64,000 nucleotides of DNA, taken from NCBI RefSeq assembly GCF_006345805.1, contig NC_043000.1, positions 132,122,001-132,186,000 on the forward strand, written 5' to 3'. Under the pieces are notes generated by a model. The model had not been told where the DNA came from and did no database searches. It saw nothing but the letters and a program-made list of their open reading frames with translations. Both the position numbers and the translations under genes were made by a program. This DNA comes from Octopus sinensis (lineage: Eukaryota). Below, one piece after another: positions 36,059-48,900 of the stretch. How positions within the stretch are numbered: the first letter of the stretch is position 1; each line of letters opens with the position of its first letter.

Positions 36059-39000
36059 AATATGAAAATGGAGGGGATCAATAGGTGGTATTCATCAACT
36101 TTTAGACGTTATATTATGTCAATTTATTTATTTACTAAAACAAACAGTGACTTCACAATATTACATGGAATCTTGCATTTTAGGCATTTTGTCAGATGGA
36201 GTCTTGCATTTGAAGCAAATTGTCAGATATAATAGATTTTGAAGATAATTTTAGGCGATTTGTCAGATATAATAGATTCTGAACATACTTTTAGCAATAA
36301 TGACTACAATTTGGTAATATGTAGGTATAGTTATATATAGAAGAGGATATGTGGGGATTCAGAGAAGGAATTATGGACGTAATTTTATTCGATTAACAAC
36401 AACATGATGAGACGATATATACGGTCAATTTTGATGTTTTGTCCCTTGTTTGAGTTTGGTCCAATTGGAGAGATAAAAGTAGAATGAGGTATTATTGCCT
36501 CTTGGCTAAAACAGCTGTAAGATATTATCCCAATTTCTATTGCTCTATGTTATATATTTTAACAATTACTGATATTTTTATATTTATATATTATATATGT
36601 AAAGCATAATATGTTATACATGTTTTACACCACCAGAAAAACTGGTTTTAATACTTCTGCTTCAGAGTACATACATACATACATATATAATAAAAAAAGT
36701 TTAAAATCCTACCCAAGCCATATAAACTCATAAGGCAGGTTTCCCACATTCTGTGATGCATATATGCCCCACCACCTTCCCCTGGATGGGACGCCAGCCC
36801 ATCGCAGGATTACTCACTTTTGCCAGTGAGTGGACTGGAACATGAAATGAAATTTTGCTCATTAACACAATGTACTGCCCAGTCCAGGAATCAAAACCAC
36901 AATCTTACGATCATGAGTCTAACCCAGTGCTTTTCAAACTTTTTGCTCAGCGGAACCCCAAGCAAACATTCCACTGGCTCGAGGAACCCCTGTGCAATAA
37001 TTTAATAGTCTTATGCACACATATCTGCACAGGAGACTTAAAAATTACTGCCGATTTTAGCAGTTTTGTAACTTCTTGCGGAACCTCTGCACTGTACTGC
37101 TGGAACCCTAAGGTTCCGCAGAACCCTGGTTGAAAACCACTGGTCTAACACCTTGACCACTAAGCCACATGCCTCCAAACACACACACACACACATCAGA
37201 TAGTGTGTTGGTTAGACTGGTTATTACTTCACACCTTAGAGTCTCATGCACCTGACTAATGGCAAACATACATATATAACATAAAACAACAGATTATTTT
37301 GATTAAATAGGATACTTGCGACAGTAAAATATAAAAGAGTGGTATTAATTTGAAGTAATAATAAAATGAGAAATTACCTCGAGTGGCCTGCAACTGTCCT
37401 GGAGAAATAAGCCGAGCTGTGGCTCCACTAGCTGTGGAAACCACAGTACCTGGTTTAGGTGCAAGAGTAACATTAGTTGTAGGGCGAAGTGTAATTGTGG
37501 TACCTGGTAACTGAACCTTCACACCTGGCCGGATGGCACTGGCAGTAGTAGCTGACAAACTGTTCGACAGAGCAGCAGCAGCTAAAATAATGAAAAATTT
37601 ATAGTGTAAACTTGTGTGTGTTTTAAACAGGTAAAAGCATGCATAAATAAGGCACAGAGAAGCTTGAAAAGTAGTGAATAAAGTAGGAAGAATTGAATTC
37701 ATGCAAATACTTTTATCAATTTGTTTGATGCCTGACCATTCTCTCTCTCCCACGTACTCACACACACATTCAGTAACTTCATTATCTTAAGTAAAAGCAA
37801 GCGAACAAACAAATAAATAAACAGAATAATACATTTTTAATGTCAAAAAAAAAAATCCAGAAAGCTTACCTGGGGAAGCGAGAATTGTTTTTGGTTGCAC
37901 TTGAACTCTCTTTATTACAGCAGGTGTTGTTATTATAGTTGGTGTATTTGAAGATTTCTGTGCAGATGAACTGTTTACACCCAAAGCAAGTGACACCACA
38001 GAACCTCCAGAGCTGGTGGCATTGGCCTTGCCAGCTTCCTGCAAGAGCCGTTTCTGTTGAAGATTCAAACGCTGCTGTTTGAGCTGCATTTCCATTTGAG
38101 CTTTGATTTGAGCAGCATTTTGTGGTAACCCACTGCTTGAAGGAGAACTACTTGCACCGACACTAGATTGCTGACTAGTCTTTTCTTGCAATGCTGCTCG
38201 CTGTTTTTCCAACCTGAAAAGATAATCAAAGTTTATCATTTAAATCAAAATCCAGTGTAATTATTATATTTCGAATTCTAGATCTTGTTACTACTTCGAC
38301 AATTTATGTCAATTTTACTACTTTAGCCAGAGTCATTCAATTATCATCTCTCTTGATTCAACATTACATATAATTCCTTCCAAATATTTACATAATGAAA
38401 TATATAAAATACATTTAATGTTCAAAGCAGTAAATAAATTTTGTAAACCAATTAAAATACTTAAAGAGAAAAAAATCTCAAAAAGCAAAAAAATAATAAT
38501 ATAGTTTTAGAACTGTAAGAAGATGAATGCACAAAACCAAACAAGTAGAAAGTTTAAATTACTTTTCTCCAAACTGCTTGATTTCCCATAATTCTAACTG
38601 TTCTTCTGGTGTCCAGGTTTCTGTAACACTTGGTTCAGTTTGTTTTGGAGACTCTGCTCGCTTACGTTCACGCAATCCACTTCGCTGAGGAGTGTATTTC
38701 TCTGAAAGAGACAAGAAATTTTCTTGCATAAAAAAAAAAACAAACCTAACTGAAAAAAAAATTAACAGACTAACAAAAACAAAGGAAAGTTTTCCTAAAT
38801 ATCCAAAGATGAAACAAAGAATGTAAATTACAATATAACTGACTCTGCAAGAAATCTTATCTCTTGACAGCACACTAACATAAACAGTAGTATATTGAGC
38901 TAAAGGTGACACAATCATTAAACAGTTATTCCCATTAGAATCAACTTTGTTTTGCATACTGGATGTGGGTTCATTCAACCATATTATACTCCCTTAAAAA

Positions 39001-42000
39001 TGTCTAGCCTTGTACAAATTTAAGAATTATTATTCCCCTTATATTGATTGTTGTTGTTAGTGTTATAAAATGGCAGCACCAGTAGAGCATCAGATTATGC
39101 TTAGACTCCATTAAGATTGCCTTCCACCCATCAAAGGCTGATAAAATAAATGCTATTTTGCATTAGAACTGATTCAATCCACTAGTTTCCCCCCAGAATT
39201 TGTAGCTGTGTGCCAACATGAGAAATAAGAATTATTATATTTGCTCTCCATGCCTCCAGTGTTTATAATGTATCTATCAGAAAAATAAATATTCAAATAT
39301 TAACTCTATTCTAAAAGTTATCTGTGTGTCAAGTCAAACGGTCAGCATTATTTGAAAGAAGGTGGTTAGGAACTAGAAAAAACATAGTTCCATTTAGAGG
39401 ATGCCCTGACTCCCAATGTAAATTTTGTCTTTTTATTCTTTAATGATAAATGTTATTATAATATTATATAAGTATTATAATAAAATATAAAAGGAGTCTC
39501 TGAACTTGTATAAAAGTTTTATACTTAAAAACAAACAAACAAAAAAACACCATTATTAATGATTTCTTACACAGACAGAAGACCTCAGATTAAATGGTAA
39601 CAAGATTTTTATATTTATTTTTTTTCTGCTCTAGACACAAGGCTGAAATTTTTGGGAAGGAGGCCAGTCAATTAGACCAACCCCAGTATTCAACTGGTAC
39701 TTAATTTATCAACCTCGAAAGGATGAAAGGCAATGTCAACCTCAGCGGAATTTGAACTCAGAACGTAAAGACAGACGAAATACCGCTTACCATTTCACCT
39801 GGCATGCAAACATTTCTGCCAATTCACTACCTTAAGATTTTAATATTTATTAAAATTCTCAGGAATTACACTATTATGACAAAATATAAAAGGAGTCTCT
39901 GGACTTATATAAAAGTATTATACTTAAAAACAAACAAAAAACACCATTATTAATGATTTTTTACACAGACAGAAAACGTCAGATTAAATGATAACAAGAT
40001 TTTAATATTTATTAAAATTCTCAGGAAATGTATGAACAACCCTTTCCATTTAATAAAATAGTGAAATGATGGGAACTAGATATTGAAACTAAACTTGACT
40101 TGCTAGGAGCTTGAGTTGGTATTAGTATAATTTATTGAATAAACATTTCTTATATTCAATTTTTAAACATTCAACAGGAGTTATACAGTTTTAGAAATTT
40201 ATATATTTGAAAAAAAAAAACTGGACAAAGAATTTAACATTAAAAGAGCTTTTTCTTGTGCTAACCTTTTATCTGTGGTAGAAAAAAAAAAGTAGCTAGG
40301 GTGAAACTGAATTAATAAACTTATATGTTTTGACTAAAGGTACAATATAACCACTGTTGACATAGCACAGTATAGCCCATGACCTTTTCACAACATTTAC
40401 AAATTGTGTGTTTACTTTTATTTTTTATTATTAGTACAAAAGAATTAAGTATTCAAAAATCAACACACAAAAAAAGCCCACAAAATCCTCTAAGTTTGGC
40501 TGTTGGGTGAGTGAGGGAAAGAAAAGTCATTTCATCACTTCCTCTTGGTTATACAAGTTTGCAAGATGTTTAACCTAAGATAAAAAGCATACCGAATGTG
40601 ATTACTCCAATTTTTATACTGGAATAGTGTATTTAGAACTACATTATCTAATCTGTCCCTTCTTTTCTAAAATTACAAGGTACTACTTAAAGGTGATTGA
40701 GCAACTATATATAGCAGGCTGGGCAATTGCATAGAAGCTACATCATCATCTCTCTCTATCAGCATCTGTTCTAAAATGGGAAAAAGAACAAAAATGGGAC
40801 AAATGGTACTCTTTATGTTATCACATGACAGAAATCCCTTTCTTAGCAACACTCTACAACCACTGATTTCCAGTTTCTACATTATATTTCTACCAATTCA
40901 ATGCACTTGCCTTATCCCTGCCCTAATTAGAGATGGCGGGAGAGTGTGAAATGGAATACTGAACTAACTGGAAAATGACAAGCAATTTATTTATATAAAG
41001 CTGAGGTTAAATCCTATCACATAAAGATAAATAAATAAAAATGTTTTAACGTTGCTTTTGGTTTTAGAAAATAGTGTTTGTATGTGGAAGATGTATAGGA
41101 GCCATAAAGACCACAGAGACACAGGAAATTGATTTCCTTAAATGTCCCAGTGGTAATCTAATTAGCAGTGGAGAAGGTTGTACAGAAAGTGTAATTGCTA
41201 GAATAAGAATAGGATGGAGAAAGTTCAGAGGGCTTTTACCTCTGTTGGCAACCAAAGGTCTCTCTCTCTCTCTATCTCTCCATGTGAACTAAGATTGTAA
41301 GATGCATGTGTATGAACTGTGATGCTGCATGGTAGTAAGACATGGGTCCTGAATGTAGAGGACATTTGAAGGCTGGAGAGGAACAAAGTTGATATGTTCT
41401 GCTGGATGTGTGATATCAGTGTGCATGTGCAACAGAAGATTGGTGCTTTGAGAGAGAAGTTGGACATAAGAGGAATTATATACTATGTGCAAGAGAGGAG
41501 ACTGCACCAGTTTGGTCATGTGATGCAGATGGATGAGGAGAGTTGCATAAAGAAGTGCCAATCACTAAAGGTGGAGATGACAGAGCAACAAGATATGTGG
41601 CGCACTGCTATACTCAGAAAGACAGTATTGAGACCCTAAAATCAAGATGTCATGTAAAAAGCACCCAGTACACTCTGTAAAGCGGTTGGCATTAGGGAGG
41701 GCATCCAGCTATAGAAACCAAGTCAAAACAGACTATAGAATCTGATGTGGCCCCTGGCTTTGCCAGTTCCTGTCAAGTTGTCCAACCCCCATCAGAATGG
41801 AAAACGGACATTAAATGTTGATAACGATGATGTTTTATAGTGGGAGTTTACATATTTTTAAAATAAATATATTTTTCCCAATCAGATGTTACTGAACCAT
41901 TATAAATTTTATCAAATTTCCAGTAAGTCTGACAAAGATCAAGTGCCTTGCCAAGCTGTAGCATACATTGAACTCTTACAGTCAATAGTTTTGCATTTTA

Positions 42001-43967
42001 ACCTGTTACTAATAATTTATCAGTAACTCTTAAGTTAACTTTATTTTAGATACTGTTGTGTACATCTATGGTAGACATGTGTCATTCTTTCAAAATATGC
42101 CACATCTATTTGATCAATGTTAATTCTCATCTTAGCTTGTTAAAAGAAAACATTCTGCAACAATGTCCATAGAGTAAATCCTTTCACAGAGTCCCTAGCT
42201 CAACTGGATCAGTACTTAATTCTGCTTTTTGTACCATTAAGCCAATGAAAGACAACTCTCTCCTTGGATATATGTCAGTCTATTGTAGATAATTTTTTTT
42301 TCACTGATAACTTAAACTCAGGAACAAACACATACACACACACATATATACATGACAGGCTTCTTACAGTTTCTGTCTACCAAACCCACTCATAAGGCTT
42401 TGGTCAGCCCAAGGCTGTAGTAGAAGATATTTGCCCAAGATGCTCTGCAACAGGATCAAGCCCAGAACCCTGCAGTTGGGAAGGTTGCTAATATTCCATA
42501 AATAAACCTAAAACATTCTGCAATTTCATTCCAATAGTAGAATCTTATATCATGATCTGAGTCAAACAAAATGGCTTTTAAAGTTACAAAGTGCCTCCAA
42601 TCACAAATCAGTTTTATTACATCTAACCCCATCTTCAACCATCTGTCACTCTCCCTCACACTCTTGTGAAACTATACCCACTTTTCCCCACCATCCTAAT
42701 CCACTGTCCGTATCCTTTCTTATGCTCTCCTTCTTGTCTTTGAGAGTTTGTTCAGGCACCCTATCACTCCCATTTTATCTGCTCCCCGGCTACTTGCACA
42801 CTCCCTTATAAAATGCAGGGTAGTATGTATCTTCTCTATAGCAAGATGCTTCCACTTTTCTGTCTATCAAACTTTAACCTCTCAACACCTGGCATAAATC
42901 CATCTCTCCCTTCTCAAATACCCATACAAACACTTAGCCAAGGGGACATTTTCCGTTCCCTGTTCTTTTCCCATCTTGCAAAGTTACTTGGCAACCTCGA
43001 TGCAGCACTGCAGCTCATTTGATCATGTCAAATTGTTCAACCAATGCTAATATTTTGTGGTGCACCTGAGCACTGTATACAATAATTTCATTATTATTAT
43101 TATTATTATTATTATATGGAAAAGGACATTAAATGATGAGCATGGTCATCATCATCATTGTTATGATTTATTGCTACAGCTTAAAACATTCAGGTTAAGC
43201 AGTTACAGAATACAAAATGGCATGATTTCTGGTAGTTTGAAAGCGGTGCTATCATTGAGCAGTTCCTCCTGAAAATCCTTAGGAAATTTTATCTTACTCA
43301 TTATAGAAGTACTAATTGTTAACATGGAGCTTATTAGATCATTGTCAGAATATGCTGCTCCACTAGTTTTATGTCAAATTAAAGGGCAGTTACTGTTACA
43401 AATGATTTTGAATAAATTATGTCAGCTGTCAGTTTCCTTGAATCAGATAAAATTTCAAACATAAATGAGGTTACCTACATGTACTTTACTGTAGTTGTTC
43501 AACCTATTAAAAATAGTAGTCAAATTCACTACAAACCATATGCTACTAGGTTAAAAAAAGAAGGATATGCTGTAATGATATGAGATAGTCATGACTGGAA
43601 TGGATTATTTAACAATCTACTTGATCATCCTTTCGGGGTTGACAATATAAGTACCAGTTGAGCACTGGGGTCAATGTAATTGACTTACTCCTGCCCCTGA
43701 AACTGCTGGCCTTGTGCCAAAATTTGAAACCAAAATATTTCTTCTTGATCAAACATGTTTCTCATAGCAGAGCAGAAACAAACATCACCTGAATGACAGT
43801 GATGCTCATTTACAACACAAGATGTCACGATAAGGTATATACATATACAACAAGCATCTTTCAGTCTCCATCTGCCAAATCCACTCACAAGGCTTTGGTC
43901 AGCCCAGGGCTATAGTAGAAGACACCTGCTCCAGATGCCATGCAGTGGGACTATACACAAAACTACA

Positions 43968-44015
<48 letters not shown>

Positions 44016-45943
44016 CTTTCCAGTGGCCTAACGTGTAAAAATTTAGTCCAAAGACTATGTATTAGTCATAAAATACAGTTTACATTTAAACACACAAGGA
44101 ATCCACTCAAAGGGCTGCGTCTGCGCAGTAGATTTTGAAAAATTTAGGATGTATAAACAAGAGGCACATAGTTTGATTACCTCGTGTTTATATATTTAAT
44201 CTAAGGTGTACCTGTTGATGACAATTTCACCTAGCGGGTAAATGTTATTTACTTGCTAAACTAAAATCAGAAACTAATTGATCCAGGAAACTAGATGGTA
44301 AAATGTTTTTATTTTTCCATTTTGTTCCTTTCGAATTTTATCCCTAATTTTGTGGTTATAGAACCTAGCTGTTCTTTCTAGCGTGTTGAATCCCACGAGT
44401 GGATTCCTTATGTGTTTAAATGTACACTAGGTAGGCTAACTGGGAAGATAGTTTTTGTATGTGGCAGATGCTCGGGAGCATTAACCTCCGAAAATCTGCA
44501 GAAAACAACTTCCGTCACTTTCCAGGGGGAAAAACTAGAAGTAGTTGATAGCTTCCGTTATCTAGGTGACCAAGTCAGTAGTAGGGGTGGGTGCACTGAA
44601 AGTGTAACTGCTAGAATAAGAATAGCCTGGGCAAAGTTTAGGGAGCTCTTACCTCTGCTGGTGACTAAAGGCCTCTTGCTCAGAGTAAAAGGCAGACTGT
44701 ATGATGCGTGTGTACGAACAGCCATGCTACATGGCAGCGAAACATGGGCCGTGACTGCTGAGGACATGCGTAAGCTCGTGAGGAATGAAGCCAGTATGCT
44801 CCGATGGATGTGTAATGTCAGTGTACATACTCGACAGAGCGTTAGCACCTTGAGAGAAATGTTGTACCTAAGAAGCATCAGTTGTGGTGTGCAAGAGAGA
44901 CGATTGCGCTGGTATGGTCATGTGGCGAGAATGGATGAAGATAGGTGTGTGAGAAAGTGCCAATCCCTAGCAGTTGAGGGAACCCGTGGAAGAGGTAGAC
45001 CCAGGAAAACCTGGGACGAGGTGGTGAAGCACGACCTTCGAACTTTAGGCCTCACTGAGGAAATGACCAGCGACCGAGACCTTTGGAAATATTCTGTACG
45101 TGAGAAGACCAGGCAGGACAAGTGAGCCCAGCCCACTTATGAATGCCTTTCCTCCCTTGGACACAAAGACCTGTTGAGGCAAGCGAAGTCGATATAGAAC
45201 CTCATCCGACGACAGACACCCATGCCAACCCCCCATGCTTGCGAAGACATGTTGGGGCAAGCGAAATCGAAACCGAATTGAACCAGCCAGGATCCCTGGC
45301 CTGGTGGTATCTAAAAAGCACTATCCGACTCGTGGCCGTGGCACGTAAAATACTCCAATGCGACCGTACGACAGGCACCCATGCCAACCCCCTTTGCTTG
45401 TGAAGACATGTTGGGGCAAGCGAAATCGAAATCGAATTGAACCAGCCAGGATCCCTGGTCTGGTCTGGTGGTACGTAAAAAGCACTATCCGACTCGTGGC
45501 CGTGGCACGTAAAATACTCCAATGCGACCGTATGACAGGCACCCATGCCAACCCCCTTTGCTTGTGAAGACATGTTGGGGAAATCGAAATCAAAATCGAA
45601 ATCGAATTGAACCAGCCAGGATCCCTGGTCTGGTGGTACGTAAAAAGCACTATCCGACTCGTGGCCGATGCCAGCACCGCCTCGACTGGCTTCCATGCCG
45701 GTGGCACATAAAATACACCAATCTGACCGTGGCCGTTGCCAGCCTCGCCTGGCACCTGTGCAGGTGGCACGTAAAAAGCACCCACTACACTCACGGAGTG
45801 GTTGGCGTTAGGAAGGGCATCCAGCTGTAGAAACATTGCCAGATTAGACTGGAGCCTGGTGCAGCCTTCTGGCTTCCCAGAACCCCGGTCGAACCGTCCA
45901 ACCCATGCTAGCATGGAGAACGGACGTTAAACGATGATGATGA

Positions 45944-45979
<36 letters not shown>

Positions 45980-48900
45980 GTGTTTGTGTGAGGGAGTTCA
46001 TATTACCCCTTGTGTTCATGTGTGTTAATTGGTTGTCAACAATGGCCTCACAAGCAGACAGTGTTGTTTGTTTCCAGTTCATAACAAAAACATATCTAGG
46101 CTGTTTGGTGTTTGATAGATTGGGAGATTATAACCTTGCTTGAAATAAGTGCTGGTTGGTTTCAGGAAGTGCATTTGACAGTAAAAAATACTCCACCACC
46201 TTAGTCATCTGACCCATTCAAGTATGGAGAAGGGGGACGAGACATTAAGACAAAAATGACAATGCTGGCTTCTTTGCATTTTCTGTCTACAATTTCATTT
46301 ACAGGGCATTGATTAGTCTGACATGAAAGTAGAAGAAACTTGATCAAGGTGTCACACAAAATGAAATCCATTGCCACATAGCCAAGCGGGCATGAATATA
46401 TACACACACACACATACATACACATAAAATTTAATTTTTTTACACAATTCTAAATCTTAAATAAGCTTGGGGGGGGGGATTATTCTTCAGTAAAATGATA
46501 ATTTTGGCATTACAGAGTTTAAAACAAAACAAAAAAGAAAACGGTATGGTTACATATACAATTAAAAAGCAATATAACAGAATCAAGACAACTTGTTTTG
46601 CAGCAGTCAGAAAATAAAACATGGCATTTATGGAATTGGCAGCAACAGAAGGCAGTGTGCTTTTGTTTCATTTAATGACCATATTCCAGATTAAATTGGT
46701 CGGCTAAGTCGCCCCATACATATTTGTCCTTATTACAATAACAATGCAGACATAGTAATGTGATCAAGGTAATAGAACGTACACCAGCAAAGGGAAAGAT
46801 TTAATAACTATATCTTCTTCCTCATACCAGTTAAATAATGGAAGAATATATAAAGGCCATCTACAATGGCTACATTCTTCAGTAATTGAAGCAGCTCTTA
46901 AGTGGCAAAACGAATTTAATAAATTACAGAATGTATAACAGTACTGTACTTTCAAACCAGGAGTTCAAATCTTGCAATTGACGATTTTATTGTGATTTAG
47001 GCGAAGCACATTCTTTTCCAGTAAGTTATCACAATGGATAATTTGACATAAAAGCTAAGTAAGAAAGATTGTATTTTTATCTACAGTTCAACCAGTATAC
47101 TTTCTTATGATCCTTAGGTATTATACTTTTAGAAACACAGTTTTTCTTTCAACTAGAACTGAATTAAACAAAATGTATTTGCAATTACAAATTTATTCCT
47201 TATCGACTGAACACATCAATAAAAATATGAAATCAGCCCTAACTAAAGGAAAAGTATGTGTAAATGTATGCATATGCATGTATGTGTGTGAGTGTGTGTG
47301 TTATATGTTGTTTCACTGGAGCTGAAAAACTTTGCAAACTTACTCAGCATTTCCTGTAACTGATGTAATATGAAACTCTAGAGTTGCAAAGTTTCTCAGC
47401 TTCAATAAAACACTGTATTTTACTCTACCTTTGGCATTTAAGAGCTATTTTTTGCACTTCATTTTATACTTATGTGATTGCATATATGTGCATATAGACA
47501 CACATAGATATGCACCAATGAATGAATGAGTAATAATACAAACCATTCCCCGCCTACACACACATACATGCATACATTCATTCATATATAGTTCCAATAT
47601 ATTTCTCATAGATGCTCTGGGATCCTTAGGGATTTCAGGCCTTCAATTTGAGACCCCATTCCCATTACCCAGTTGATCCAGCCACAGTTGATCAAGTTCC
47701 AGCTTATGTCATCTCAATAACAACAAATTACTGGTCTGCTCACCTTATCCAAAACCATCTAGGACATACACACACACAAATTATAATGATTTTATCAATA
47801 TACTGGCTTCTTAATTTAACCCTTTAGTATTTAAACCGGCCATAATATTTCATCTGTTTTATGTTCAAACTGATCAGATCCAGGCTCTCACACCTACCCT
47901 TCAATGTTATTCTACATTAAGTAATTACACCATCGAGATCTTGAAGATATGAGATAATGCATGATTAATTCAAATCAATGGGAATCAATAGGCATTATGT
48001 TTGATTGAATTGTCTGAACACTAAAGGGTTAAACCTTTTGATAACAGCCCACTTGAAACCTAACCTGGTCCAGTGGTACAAACTTCTTGATTTAAAGTAA
48101 TCTAAATTAAAATTTATCAAAATTTCATATCAAGTTCCAAACATGAACTTAATAATGACAAAAAAAAATTACTGAATTCTTCATTCTTTCAAAATTAATT
48201 GAAACAAAGAAGTGTATTTCAAAATAAATATGATAACAAAAAGATTAAAATGAATATCAAAACTGTAACCAATTCATTCCTTTTAACTTTATGAATGAAA
48301 TTAAGTTCTTTCTTGTAAAAAGTTTCTCAGCTTCAATAAAACACTGTATTTTACTCTACCTTTGGCATTTAAGAGCTATTTTTTGGCACTTCAGTTTATA
48401 CTTATGTGATTGCATGTATGTGCATATACACACACACATAGATACAGTTTCATTCTTTGAATGATACTACAATGTAAAGTTTTAATTTATTGGATATTTT
48501 TTTTACGAGAAATTACAAGAGAATGTTGGAAACGTGGCTGCATGGTTTAATAAGCTTGCTTCCAAGCCATGTGATTGCAAGTTCAGTCCCCATCCACAAC
48601 ACTTTGGACAAGTGTCTACTAGTATAGCCCCAGGTCAACTAAGGCCTTGTGGGTGGATTTGAGACAGAAACTGAAAGAAGCTTACTATACACACATACAT
48701 ACATGCCAGGAAATGCATTTGGCCTAAAACTACAAGCTCATAATGTATTTAAATGTGATGTATGAATTATACAGAGGTTGCTTGAATGCATTCCTTGGAT
48801 TACTGTATTGACTAATAAAGTGGCAGGAGGAAGAAGAAGGAGTCCTAGGGCTGTGCCAAACATTTCCTCATCCACAAAGCTGCTTTGAAGTACACAAAAC

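Noticed and set aside
45210-45790. CRISPR-like repeat-spacer look
   Set aside because: Eukaryotic LINE 3'UTR. The spacers are duplicated rather than unique, spacing is irregular, and there are no cas genes.
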